NCBI GenBank assembly: GCA_002269645.1
Contig: NIVC01000150.1
Location: 310,001 to 374,000 of the forward strand
Length of the DNA stretch: 64,000 nucleotides
DNA from: Macrostomum lignano
Taxonomy: Eukaryota
Direction of reading: 5' to 3'
Positions 22,992 through 35,220 of the stretch are shown piece by piece. Numbering within the stretch: position 1 is the first letter of the stretch; every line of letters starts with the position of its first letter. The notes under the pieces were generated by a model. It did not search any database, had not been told where the DNA came from, and saw only the letters and a list, made by a program, of their open reading frames with translations. Both the position numbers and the translations under genes were made by a program.

Positions 22992-25643
22992 TCAACGCTG
23001 CCCGCGCATCACCTTAGCCTGCTGCTGCTGCTGCTGCTGCTGCTGCGAGAATTCAGCTGCATCAGTCCTTCTCCTCCGCCGCTGACGAATTCCGTGCAAT
23101 ATGGAATCAGCACGCTGGGTCGGCCGAATCGCAGCGGAATAGTCTTCGCCACAGTCGCCGCCACCGCTGCCATTACTGCCAGCGAACATTGCTGCTCGTC
23201 GGACAACAAGAGCGGAGGATATTGCCGCAGCAGCGCCGCCGTCGACGACTGCTGGAGCAGATACTAGGGCGGCAGATGACGATGTTGACGACGACAAAGA
23301 TGACATTCCCATCGCGGAGCTGTTGCCAACCGCCTGACGTGAGCGGACCACGGCGCCCATTTGCAGAGCTCGGTGCGCATTATAACCGTAATTACGGTAT
23401 ATAACTGCAGCAGAGGTGCCGTGGGCGCGTGCAAATGCGTGCAGCTGCGCAGGCTCCATCGCCAGGACAACGCTGCTCAAGGTCCGGCGCCAGTCTGTCG
23501 CTACATAATGTCTGCCGAGCAATCGCTCTCCTCCGGCGCTGATCATCCGGCTGAAGGCGCTCTCAGTGTAAACCCGGCCGAAGATGTCCAGAAACACCGT
23601 GGACACCTCGACCGCAGGAGCAGCGACTCCGCGCGCAGCCAGGCTCGGCCGGATATAGCAGTCGTGCAGGCGCAGCAGGGCGTCGCAAAACGTATCCGAC
23701 AGCACCATGGTAGCCGGCTCGCCATTGTGCCCGGCCTTGTGCGGAACCTCTGTCAGCGGCATCACCAGGTGCGAGTGACCCTCCAGATCGGACTCCGTGG
23801 CGCTGATCGAGGTGTCCCGAAACAGCTGATCCATGTCGTCAGCTGCCCGGTGTCGCACCCTACGGTCCAGCAGATGCTGTCGCCGCAGATAGATCCACGG
23901 CAGGAGTCGCACTGGCTGTTCGACACTGCAGAAGAACAAGCACTCCTGCACGATGCGGCGGACACAGGCCACCTTGGCGCATAAGTTGTCATCGCCGGCG
24001 TCTGCGTGGTCGTCGGCGGCGGCGGCGCTCCAGTTGCCAGTCTCCGGCAGTCTCTGCCAACTGTGCTCGAAGAGCATCTTAAAGAAGCGGTCGCGCCGGT
24101 CGAAGATGGCGCCGACCTCGCTCCGCTTAACGTAGCTGGCCATGTAGGTCATCTGACGACCGTGATGGCCCAGCTTGTTCAGCTGTTCCTGCAGGGAGCG
24201 GATGGCGGCAAACTCGCCCTTGGCCTCGTTCAGCAACGAAAGCAAGCGTGAGACTGTCAGCTGCCTGGCAGCCAGCGAATCCTTACAGCAGTCGTCACCG
24301 CCGCCGTCATCATCTTTGCTGGCATTTTTTCCCTCGCTCAAAATTTCTGACTGGCGCAGCCCGATTGCGTCGAGCACCTTTTGGAAACAACGGTTGCCGC
24401 GCACATTCAGCCAGCCCTCCAAACACAGAAAAATTGACACCATCTCTTGGCACTTGCGGCCGGCTGTTGAAGGTGCCAACTTTAACTCCTGGGCGACAAC
24501 CTCAAGCCCGAAGACACTGGCGACGAGGTCGGGTCGCAGCACTAAGTCGGCCAGAGTCAGCTGCTTCCGAAGCCAGAGCCGTTCCAGCGTGGCGCCAACA
24601 GAGCAGCAAATTTTCTGCCAGCGACGGCTGTGGCTCTGGTTGGCAGAGACGTGCAGTTTAACTGGTGCGGACCACCAGAGTGCTGTCAATCGACCAAGCA
24701 TGGCATCAATGGACGGTCGATCTGCTGCTACTCCAAGGGCCACCTTTCTGGCGGGGTGCTCTTTCGGTGGTAAAGGTTCCAGCCTGAAATAGCGTCGGTG
24801 CTGTCCTCCTGGTTGCAGCGTTTTTTCCTTTTTCCTTTGTGCTATCTCGCCTTCTTTCTGCGAGGAAGCAGCAGCAGCAGCATAATCAGAGTCACCAACC
24901 TCAGGACTAGTCGGCTGCTGCAACTCGGGCGCCGCTATTTCCAGTGGTTCAGACGCAACGACGGCACTTAGGTCGGAAGCTCTGTCGTTCAACTGAATGC
25001 AATCAGTAGTCGGCTGCTGCTGCGGCGACACAGGTATTAAACTGCTGCAGGCTGCTCGTCCCATTGAATCTGCAGCAACCATCAGACGATCGTAGATCGC
25101 CCCGTCGTCGTAATATTCTGCTGATGCTCTTAACGCAGCAGACCTCATTGCCCCGTCGTCGCCATCCTCTGCTGATGCACTTAACGCAGCAGACCTCATT
25201 GCCCCGTCGTCGCCATCCTCTGCTGATGCTCTTAACGCAGCAGACCTCATTGCCCCGTCGTCGCCATCCTCTGCTGATGATGTCACCGCAGCAGACTGAT
25301 GCTCGGTTGTCACTGGCCGATGGACAGATAATGGGCATAGATGAGCTCGCAGTCGGCGGCGTGACTGTCCGCAGGCGGAACAAACGCCTATCACTTCTAG
25401 ACGATGACTGGCCTTGGTGCTGCGGCTGCATTTGATTGCCAGCCAGATCATGTCTTGCCGCTGTTTGGTAGTTGCGGCCGCCCATTCGTTCTCTGTTGGC
25501 CGCATCCGCTCCGGCATATCACTTAGCGAATAACTTTGAACGATATATTTCTCGTGCCGGTTTTTGTAGTGCCTCTTTAGATTTCCACCGGTCACGCACT
25601 CACAGCACAATGGGCAGACGGAGCTTCTTCTTCCAGAGGGCAT
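22992..25643 (-). CDS. Zn-finger + tyrosine-recombinase-like protein (HK-type, 883 aa)
   Basis: N-terminal C2H2 (CPLC...HYKNRH) and 17-aa x3 coding repeats (51-bp period, ~25110-25290). The C-terminal half aligns by eye to a YR fold: PVR (Arg I), HKAGHNGEPA..L....Y.RP (Lys), VFLDIFG, ATDWRR (Arg II), FARAHGTS...RNY (Tyr). Confidence 0.65.
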   Translation of the reverse strand: MPSGRRSSVCPLCCECVTGGNLKRHYKNRHEKYIVQSYSLSDMPERMRPTENEWAAATTKQRQDMIWLAIKCSRSTKASHRLEVIGVCSACGQSRRRLRAHLCPLSVHRPVTTEHQSAAVTSSAEDGDDGAMRSAALRASAEDGDDGAMRSAALSASAEDGDDGAMRSAALRASAEYYDDGAIYDRLMVAADSMGRAACSSLIPVSPQQQPTTDCIQLNDRASDLSAVVASEPLEIAAPELQQPTSPEVGDSDYAAAAASSQKEGEIAQRKKEKTLQPGGQHRRYFRLEPLPPKEHPARKVALGVAADRPSIDAMLGRLTALWWSAPVKLHVSANQSHSRRWQKICCSVGATLERLWLRKQLTLADLVLRPDLVASVFGLEVVAQELKLAPSTAGRKCQEMVSIFLCLEGWLNVRGNRCFQKVLDAIGLRQSEILSEGKNASKDDDGGGDDCCKDSLAARQLTVSRLLSLLNEAKGEFAAIRSLQEQLNKLGHHGRQMTYMASYVKRSEVGAIFDRRDRFFKMLFEHSWQRLPETGNWSAAAADDHADAGDDNLCAKVACVRRIVQECLFFCSVEQPVRLLPWIYLRRQHLLDRRVRHRAADDMDQLFRDTSISATESDLEGHSHLVMPLTEVPHKAGHNGEPATMVLSDTFCDALLRLHDCYIRPSLAARGVAAPAVEVSTVFLDIFGRVYTESAFSRMISAGGERLLGRHYVATDWRRTLSSVVLAMEPAQLHAFARAHGTSAAVIYRNYGYNAHRALQMGAVVRSRQAVGNSSAMGMSSLSSSTSSSAALVSAPAVVDGGAAAAISSALVVRRAAMFAGSNGSGGGDCGEDYSAAIRPTQRADSILHGIRQRRRRRTDAAEFSQQQQQQQQQAKVMRGQR

Positions 25644-26186
25644 CTTTCTCTAATAATTATTACAAATCATAGGATACAGTGTTGGAAAAAATACCCGGTC
25701 CCCATCCAGCATATATATATGTAGAGATATGTAGAGATAGGAGTTTCATATTTAAAGCATCCTTCCATAACCCGCCTCCTCATATTTCATTGATGGCAAG
25801 CTTATTGGCTTTCAGCTCAGTCAAGTGATCACTATTAAACGATTGACTTAATAACTATTGGTTAAATCAACTGCAGGTCTGGGCTTGGCTGGCTGGCTGG
25901 CTGGCTTGTACTCATCTGACTGAGTAATTTGATGCTTTTTACCATAGACTAAAGTTTACGGTCTCGCCCTCACTAGTGGAATTTTCCGTAGTTTCTTTTA
26001 ACCATAGACTGCTTAACCATAGACTGCTGCAGACCTGTCCGCTTGGGTTTATAAAACTCAGTCAGTCCCTTCCCTCCCTCAAACTGCAAGCATCAGCGCC
26101 CCAGCCTAGCCTACAGTTTCTACAGCTTTTCGAGTAAGTTACATTCATATCTGCTGCTCTGTGCATTATTCTATTACGAAAACAAT

Positions 26187-26505
26187 CAGCTTTCACTACA
26201 GGGCCCTTACAGGTGCTGCAGTTACAGGTGGAGCAGCAGCCTCTCCCTCTCTCTGATATACCCCTTTGTAATTAATTTAAACTCGAACGAATGCAGTTTT
26301 CACTACAGGGCCCTTACAGGTGCTGCAGTTACAGGTGGAGCAGCAGCCTTTCCCTCTCTCTGATATACCCCTTTGTAATTAATTTAAACTCGAACGAATG
26401 CAGTTTTCACTACAGGGCCCTTACAGGTGCTGCAGTTACAGGTGGAGCAGCAGCCTCTCCCTCTCTCTGATATAATATATACCCCTTTGTAATTAATTTG
26501 AACAT
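26187..26505. repeat. 107-bp tandem repeat x3 upstream of the YR gene
   Basis: Units start at 26187, 26294 and 26401 (CAGYTTTCACTACAGGGCCCTTACAGG...). Confidence 0.9.
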
Positions 26506-27328
26506 GCAGCTTTTCTAACATTTTCTATTCGCACTTAATTGCTGCTATGCCTCTAATCAGTATACATATAGTATTGGAGCGAAATAATAAACGTGTCAAT
26601 AATCAGACTGTTGTCAATCAATCGATCCATCGCTTTACACCAAAAGCATGGAACCTGTACTGTACGTATACATACACCGCTGCTCTGATTCGCTGCAATA
26701 TCAACACAGAGAGTGAATTCGTGTGTTCGTGCGATTATAGCGCAAAAACCATAGACTCGTTATTATCAGCTAAGCGAATTACATAAACTGATGCTGCTAA
26801 TCTAAAAATAGCCACAACTGGCTAGCTTATACTTGGTGGAATTTCGTCTTTCATTTCTTGTTATTAAAGAGGCCGGATGAAAATGTTTGATTTCTGAAAA
26901 AAAGCTCGATTCATTATAAACGCTGTTGCTTTCGGTTGCTTCTGCGCTTGGAAATATAAAACTGAAAAATAAGTGTTTTTTTCGCGCCTCTGCAGCTTTT
27001 GATGTGGCTCAAATGAGCCTAGGGAAACCGGATAAGGACCGGATAATTAGGAAAGTAGTATAACAAATTTTAATTTATTTGCATCGATGCAAAGTGAGGC
27101 AAACTAGCAAAAAGTCAAAGGGAACTAAAGTACAAAAGAACTATAAAAAATAACAATAAAAATGAAAAGTATAAATTACGTTTTTAGTCTATGGCACAAA
27201 GCTGAAGGCTAATCTAGAAAGAAATTACTGTACGACGAAGTAAAGTTATTTGTGCAGCAACACTGCAAGCCGGGAGACTTATACGACTGAGAGACGTGCT
27301 GATTTTATCGACAAATAAGCCAAGAGAT

Positions 27329-28604
27329 ATGTCTGGACAGTCTGGTGCTCGACATCAAATCTTGTCGGATGCAGAAGCTGATGCGCTGGTAAGTGCAACA
27401 GTACCACCAAATACGGTCAAGAAGAGTGCGTGGATGATATCGACGTTTAAAGAGTGGCACGAATGCAAAAAAGAAGACTGGGCAAAGAATGGCGGCTCCT
27501 CTCTGATGGTATTGAAATCTATGGACGAATTTACTAGGTCCGACTTGAACTATTTGCTGAAGCTTTTCATCCTTGAGGTAAGGAATAAGAAGCATGAGCG
27601 CTACTCGGCTGGAACTCTCAAGGACTTCGTGTCTATGCTGCAGTATGAAATGCGCAATGTCTACGGAAAGGACTGGAGCCTTTGGACGGATGTTCAGTTT
27701 GCTGAAAGTAGAAAATCGCTGGATGCGGCTATGAAGCTATCAACTGCGGAAGGAAAAGGAGTCGGGCTAAAAAAGTCAGAGCCTGTGACGAAATCTATCG
27801 AAGATGATTGCTGGAATGCTGGTGTGCTAGGCTCCCACAATCCTGAGCAACTAGTTTGCACCGTAATTTGGCTAATTGGCAAGCACTTCGGTCTGCGGGG
27901 TGGTAGTGAGCTACGTGATTTGGAATTCCAGTGCGAGATCAATTTGGATGGCAGTGGGATTAAAGAGTGCCTTGTTTACGAGGAGTGTCGGCGGACCAAG
28001 ACGAATCAAGGTGGCCTGAAAGGAATTCAGAAACAACCGAAAGTAGTCAAAGCTTTCCATGCTGCATGCAGATCCGGAGCAATGCGTTGTGTGCCTATAC
28101 ATCAAGTACGTTTCGTTGCGCCCCGAGAATTGTTCAAAAGCTTTGTTTCTTGCCGCCAAAAAGCACTTGACGGAATCGAACGGAAAAGCCTGGTATAGTG
28201 TTCAGCCTATTGGGAAGAACACTATCTCGACAATTGTGAAGGCCGCAGTGTCTGAAGTTCGGCCAAACAGCACTGCTCGTTTCTCGAATCAGAGCCTGCG
28301 AAAAGCATGTGCTACTCAACTCCACGAGGCTGGTGTCGAACGCGGAGACATTGCTCGGATCACTGGTCACGCTACTACCAAGGCTCTGGAGAAATACATA
28401 GCGCCATCAACAACACGACAAAAGATCCAAAGTGCTATTTTGAGTGGAGACGCCACCGAGGCTTCTGCTGCAAGTATCATACAACAGTCTCATGTTACCG
28501 TGTCCGACGTCAATACCGAGGTTTCTATCGAACCACCTGCTAGTAAGCGCATGCTCATCGAGGCAGACGGTGAAAAAAACGTTGTGAAAATCACATTCTG
28601 TTAG
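27329..28604 (+). mobile_element. Crypton (DUF3504-type) tyrosine recombinase copy A, one frameshift near 28065
   Basis: EVRNKKHERYS, HFGLRG, CVVCLY..Y..LRP, WYSVQPIGKNT, SNQSLRK, ITGH and EKY. ORFs 27296..28198 and 28059..28604 overlap and contain no internal stops. Confidence 0.85.
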
Positions 28605-29199
28605 TCATTATAAGTCCGAAACGAACTTTATATCAGACATTTTGTGTCCTACAGTTGTAATTAAGCTTTTGTGTGCTACACTTTTTTGCTAGTTTTTGTT
28701 AGTCTATGGTTGTTGTCTCGAATTTATCAGCCCGCGGGGCAGCGGGAAATAAATGATTTATTCACCTAGGGAAATAAATGAAAACATGCGTCACATAAGG
28801 CCGTATGAATAAACTGAGCAAATGCTCAAACTCAAGCAAATGCTCAGGTCAATAAGAATAAGTTGAGCTTTTGCTTATGAGCAAATGCTCATGAGTAAAT
28901 GCTCGTGAGCATTTGCTCCGACTCATGAGAAAATTCTCAGCTGCAGAGCAATTACTCCAGTCAGTAAGAATAAAAACATGGCCATAGACAAAAGATCGGA
29001 GCAATTGCTCACAAAATGTTGAGACAGCTGAAAATAAAAATAACAATAAATGAATATCCACATTTTCTAATTTCAGTGTATGGCTATGCACATAAAATAT
29101 AAGAGTACAGCACACAGCACAGCACAAAATTGAAACAGACAGGGGGTTGAATATGTTAAGAGAAAAGAAGAGAGGAATTATTGACTACATACGAGCGTA

Positions 29200-29585
29200 T
29201 GCTATATGAGCTTGATATGAAGTACGAGAAATATTTTTCGATCAAGTAGGGCAAATCTGCCTGTCGAAAGCTTAGCCAACGTAACTAGCAGCAAACTCCA
29301 TCGGATCTCGCGACTCTCTTCATCTGAGAAGGACAAGAATACACCGATCACAGCATCTGGTGAGTTTAGTGGGTGGATGAAATTATCTTTCACTTTCTCG
29401 ATGTGTTTTTTATGATTGAAAATAATTTGAATTTCCCTGATCTTGTTTCCTGTTCCGTGCCGTAGTTAGCAGAGTGCGCGACCGGGAATCGGAAGGGCAT
29501 TCAATGAGCGAGATCATGGCTATTGTGGGTCAACAGTCCGAGAGCACCGTCTGGCGCTACCTGGCGATTAAATGGGACAGTCCTT
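29200..29585. pseudogene. Crypton YR remnants (C-terminal piece on + at ~29470-29585; possible N-terminal piece on - at ~29200-29393)
   Basis: GHSMSEIMAIVGQQSESTVWRYLAIKWD parallels HSMADIVAITSQKCEKTVRRYLSIRRD in copy B. Confidence 0.5.
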
Positions 29586-30412
29586 GCAAAAATTCCAAGA
29601 ACTTAGAATGAGCAAGGCATGAGCGATGGAGCAGGGACTCCAAAGCTCAATCGTGCAAAAAGCGGTGAATGTGTCTGACGGTCTGCAAATGAACGGCCGG
29701 AGTATTTTCATAATGAACAATAGTATTTTTTTAACAATTTCCAACTGAAATGGGTACTGTGACAATTGTGTCGTACTTATGGAGACTAATTCTCCCCATT
29801 AATATTAATTGATATATGCTTTCTAATTCGGGTTTGTTCTTTCTGTTCTAAAAATAACCCACCGTTCTCTCGAGGTCAACACATCCAAAGGTTTCAAATG
29901 AAGGGTGTGGATCAGGCTTGACCATAGACACTTCCATTATCCTAAAGACTGATTTTTTGACAATGGGTGGAGGCGCGAGTGTGCTAGGGGAAGCAACACC
30001 TAGACTACGAGTGCGCGTAGTGTCCATCCATGGCGTTGCTCCACCTTGAAACCCTCGCGCCTCCACACCCATTATCCTGAACTGGGACCTTAGAATAGCT
30101 TTACTGTCGCTCGGAAGATACCATAGACAAAATCTTAGACTGATCTCCAGAGAACAAAAAGGGATGTTGAGGTCAAGCAAGCCAGAATATAGATAAAATT
30201 CTTGATTTTGTAATGTGTTTGTATTTGATTTCGCATGCCAGCTCTGGCGGTGGTGGCACAATAGATCATCCATGTCTATGGGTCGTGACAACCACAGTTA
30301 TTTACATAAAGGCAGGTCGTATGCCACTGAGGAGTTCCTCACGCTTATTTTCTTGCTCACACCAACCCACGGTCTTACAATGTTTTCACGAGTGGCGAAG
30401 CCATGAATTCAT

Positions 30413-30780
<368 letters not shown>

Positions 30781-30934
30781 CTGGGTGATAAGCTATGCCA
30801 TAGACTACAACTCTACGAAGTCAGAAAAAGTCGAGAAGGAGAGGAAGAAAACGAAGACTAGCTCAGTATTTTCTTCGATTTAAACTTCCACTGAGCCTTG
30901 ATCAAGTACGACGGAATAGTGGAAGGGAGATTGT

Positions 30935-32504
30935 ATGCTTGTCGACTGATGAATTGCAATTCGTCACTGGTCAGTCGGTCAACCGCTCTGGAGACATTGC
31001 GATCTCTTTAATTTGCCGAACTCGTGACTCTTGACGCAAGCTTCGTCGAGCTTGACTTACTTGACTTAGCTGCAGGGGGCGTCCGGTGGATGCAGCGAGG
31101 AGGCGGAGGAGACCGCCCATTTCGCTAGCCCCTGGCGACCAATGACTTCCATCGAAGTGATGTCGTTCAGGGGGACCCGTCGGTCTCGCCTGCAGCGCGG
31201 TACTCCTCACCGGCGGTGGGGAAGAAGTCAGCTCGTCCCGTGTCACTGATGTACCGGGCGAGCAGCGGGATGCTCTCGGGCCTGCAAAGGTCGGAGAGAA
31301 CCGGGTTTGGCCCGAGGTGAGTGAGCCTGGCCCTGGTGAAAACCGGACAGTGGCAGATAAAGTGCTCGGAGTTTTCACTGTCTGAGCGGCAGAAGGGGCA
31401 CCGCTCCTCGGGTACCTGGCCCTGAAGGAAGCGGTGGCGAGAGAAGCAGCCATGCCCGGAGAGGGCCATACTGACAGCTCTGAGGTCTCTGCGGTTGAGC
31501 CTGAGGAGGGCTCTACGCAGGAGAGGAGAGGGGCAGGGGACGGCAGCACGGGATTGCCTGCAATTCCGGGTGTCGTACCACCTGCGGAGCTTCGTCTAGC
31601 AGTTTATACAGGGATTGTCAGAGTATCCGGAGTTAAGCGAGAGCGACGTACAGGAGATTCCGAAATTTGTGAAGGATTGCGCTGTGCGATCTATCGCGAA
31701 GCAGACCTAGATCTACTCTGAGAGAGTGAAGGCCTTTCTATCTGAGCGAGGGTTGTCAAGTGACCTCGAGATTATGCCGCCAAGATACGTGTCACTATCT
31801 CCGTTGTTTCTCTCTACCGTCAAGAAGCCCGATGGCACTGCCTACAATTGTAGCACACTTGTGTGCATAAACAGGCTGAAATGCATCGTTTCCTACTGGA
31901 AAATTGAGGCATGCCGCTCATTGGAAATCCGGATTTTGTTGAGCTGGAGAAGACCTTTAAGGCCGCCGCAGACAGCAACCGAGGTCTGTTGTTGACGGTG
32001 AGGTCGGATTTCCGGCAATAAACAGTGAGGAAATGTCTAAGCTGCACGCATACTTCACCATAGCAGATACGAAGAGGCTCCAGTATGAGGTGCTTTTTCT
32101 CATTGTGTTCAATTTCGGCTTTAGAGGTCAGCAAGGTGTGCGAATTAGAAGCAGCTAGACATTCCATGGCCGACATCGTGGCGATAACCAGCCAGAAGTG
32201 CGAAAAGACCGTTCGCCGATATCTCTCAATCAGACGTGACAAGGTGCTAAAGAAGTGCAGCGACGCCGTACGCAAGGTACTGGACATGGAGAAAAATACT
32301 ACACCGGATTTAGATGGTCATGTTATTACGAGCGCGTGCCCATCAGCCAGTACTACAGATAGCCCAGTAGTCAACACAAGCGTCTGCCCAGTCAATATCC
32401 AGAGCTCAACGGTCCAGGAGGCGGTCAACTTCGCAAACGCTCATCCAAATGGCGAGAACATCTTCGTCATGCAAAACTGCATGTTCAACCAATACAGTCT
32501 GTGA
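30935..32504 (+). pseudogene. Decayed, internally deleted Crypton YR copy B, interrupted by a LINE
   Basis: FLSTVKKPDGTAYN, then IVAITSQKCEKTVRRYL and an NCMFN tail. The frame upstream of the LINE continues after it. Confidence 0.65.
31052..31587 (-). mobile_element. 3' end of a LINE (CCHC C-terminus) with a 13-bp TSD
   Basis: [19 protein letters not shown] motif, a (TAAGTCAAG)-like tail, and flanking AGCTTCGTCGAGC (31039-31051) / AGCTTCGTCTAGC (31588-31600). Confidence 0.8.
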
Positions 32505-32805
32505 GAATTCATATGCAACTGACAAAATTGACAAGCCAAAATATTTCAAGAGACTTTAGCCTTCTTGAAATTAGACTGTGTTTCCTAGTGTTTCTTGTCA
32601 CCTTTTTGTTACTGTGCATTGTTGTATTGTATTGTTACTGTGTGATATGCTGTTTTTCTAAATTAATTGTGGACATTTTCCAAGTCGTGAGCATTATCCA
32701 GAAGTGAGGCTAGAACCACAGGCTATAGAGAGAAATCAAAGTTGCGATAGTTTTTACCATGGACAAAATATTATCTAAAAGCACTGACTAGTGACAATGG
32801 TAGAT

Positions 32806-32903
32806 TGCGTAGTAGGTAAGGGACTGAAACAATGGCCAAAGACGAGTGTGCGTAGCGCACGAGTGTCTATGGCCATTATTTCAGTCCCTTACCTACTACG
32901 CAA
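32806..32903. repeat. Long palindrome with a CCA(T/A)AGAC-21nt-GTCTATGG core
   Basis: 39-bp arms with 2 mismatches; the centre contains GTGCGTAGCGC. Confidence 0.9.
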
Positions 32904-33759
32904 CGTCATTGTCTATAACACACATAGAGGCCGTTATTTCAGCATAGCTTAGTCTGGCGGCCAATATTTCAGTGTGTCGGAAGCGGCCATTATTTCACAC
33001 TTTTTATCACGCCTCAATTGGCTGTTTCGAGAGTTATTGTACCCATAGACGACTGAGTTAGCTTGTGTCTTAGTTTGACCATAGACAACACTGTGGTGAG
33101 TGCTGATTTCGTTTGCGTCTTGCAAGAAATTTCAAGACTAGATGAAAGTCTTGACCTGATTTCAGGTCTAGAAAGTCTGAAGAAAGTTTGATTGCAAGAA
33201 ATCAGGAAAGCGGGTAGTACGAGGAAAATTTGTTCCTTGTCAAACTTATTTTTCTTGTCAAACAACTATGGCTGGTGCATCTCGTCAAACAGGCCCGCTT
33301 ATTAATTAGAAAAATCTTCTTGTCGACGACTCAACGAACCGTGCGACCTATGCTTCAGTGGAGGTGACACAGGAGATGCGGGTGAAGTATGGTAAGTATA
33401 ATATGTCAACATTGTAAGTAAATTAGTGGCTATACTAATGGCTATATAGAAACTGTGAATTTTTTACAATGTCCAATTATCTGCAGGTCGGATGGATTCG
33501 GAACGCGCAGTAAGCTTCTCCGAGAACTGCCACTTCAACTATTGCACGTTTCAGTTTTAATGAGCAACTTCCGATGAACATTCTATGACTACTGTGTTGT
33601 TTTTGTGCTTAATGTGCGCGTTTTCCATTGTTCAAAATGTCTATGGTAATTTAGTTCAAGGCAATGACATTCATACAATGATCGGTCATTGTTTGGATTT
33701 TTTAGAAGTGGTATAATTTTTTAAGTTAACGCGTATATTTTAAACTTAACATCTAACAA

Positions 33760-34308
33760 TCAAAGGACACTTTTAGCTATAGTTAATTCGTCGCACAAAT
33801 GTCTCACAAAATTTAGTTCAACTTGCCACAGGGTTGTCGTGACTATTGAAGCCGGTAAAGCATAGGCCCGATTGGATGGAGACAGTGGCATCCGAGCCAG
33901 GAGCAGGGAATATGACTTTCCATCCTGCCGCTTCAATTTAAAGTAGAAGTACCTTAAGTACTGATTGAGGGTTTCGGCCGGCACTTCTGAAACGTCTCGT
34001 AGTTTCTCACTTGCTAGGAAATTAAGGAAGCGTTCACCGTGAATGTACATCTGCTTCCTCGTTTCGGCAGGTAGGCTTTCAATTTCTACTCGATCCATCT
34101 CGTTAACATCAAGTTGCTCGCCATCTAGGCACGGCAGTTCATCGTTGGAACGATCACTTTGAATGTAGTCAAGGAACGCGGCAAAGTCGTCGTCGCGTCG
34201 GTCGATGTTTGAAGTCTCGGAAATAAAGTTCAGTTCGAACGAGTCGACATTGCCTAATTCGTCGATAGGCAGATTGCGCCAATTGATTGGAAAATGAATG
34301 CCTTCCAT
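33760..34308 (-). pseudogene. Crypton YR copy C, N-terminal part only
   Basis: LNQYLRYFYFKLKRQDGKSYS is followed by an abrupt loss of homology. Confidence 0.7.
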
Positions 34309-34579
34309 TCTATCGCGACTCTATGAAAATGATTCTACTCTCCCGATGAACAGCGACTCTTTAAAACTCCGTCATCTTGACCATAGACATATCATTCTCT
34401 GTGATTTCGTGTGTTCTGCCGTTGTCTGGAACTGAACTAACTGACTTTTTCTAACCCTTGGCCTTTACCATAGACGTGGCAGATATTAAGATGTGGGGGC
34501 TTCGCCCCCACACCCCCATTTCCGTCCCCCACCCACTTTGATTTCTAACCCCTAGCTGACAATTTGGACAATGATGTCG

Positions 34580-34668
34580 TCTGGAATTGAGATTTCAGTT
34601 AATGGCCATAGACACGAGCGTGCGTAGCGCTCGTGTCTATGGCCATTAACTGAAATCTCAATTCCAGA
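34580..34668. repeat. Perfect palindrome: 41-bp arms and a 7-nt loop, with a CCATAGAC/GTCTATGG core
   Basis: 34580-34620 is the exact reverse complement of 34628-34668; the loop is TGCGTAG. Confidence 0.95.
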
Positions 34669-34919
34669 AAACAACCCATTGTTTGGTGACTAAAATGTCT
34701 TGCCTATCCTTTTTTCTTGTCAATATATTCCAGAATGCCATGTAGACCATTTGCGAACATTATTCTCTTATGTCAGTTAATAAATGCATAGTTAACTAAT
34801 CGTCTATGATTCAAACGCCTGCTAAAAAGCTGAAATAATGGCCAGTTCAGTTTGTCATTACGCCAGGCTGCGTCTTATGAACAATAATTGATTTTTTCAC
34901 GATAGATTTGAATCTGTCA

Positions 34920-35220
34920 CCATCTGCAATACAACAATGCACAGTAACAAAAAGGTGACAATAAACACTAGGAAATACAGTCAAATTTCAAGAAGGCTAA
35001 AGTCTCTTGAAATATTTTGGCTTGTCAATTTTGTCAGTTGCATATGGATTCTCACAGACTGCATCGGTTGAACATGCAGTTTTGCATGACGAAGATGTTC
35101 TCGCCATTTGGATGAGCGTTTGCGAAGTTGCCCGCCTCCTGGACCGTTGAGCTCTGGATATTGACTGGGCAGACGCTTGTGTTGACTACTGGGCTATCTG
35201 TAGTACTGGCTGATGGGCCC
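34920..35220 (-). repeat. Inverted copy of the copy-B 3' end (~32340-32640)
   Basis: Reverse-complement near-identity, for example GAACATGCAGTTTTGCATGACGAAGATG. Confidence 0.85.

Noticed and set aside
23189-25485. Plus-strand ORFs antisense to the YR gene
   Set aside because: Shadow ORFs of GC-rich coding sequence with no recognisable motifs.
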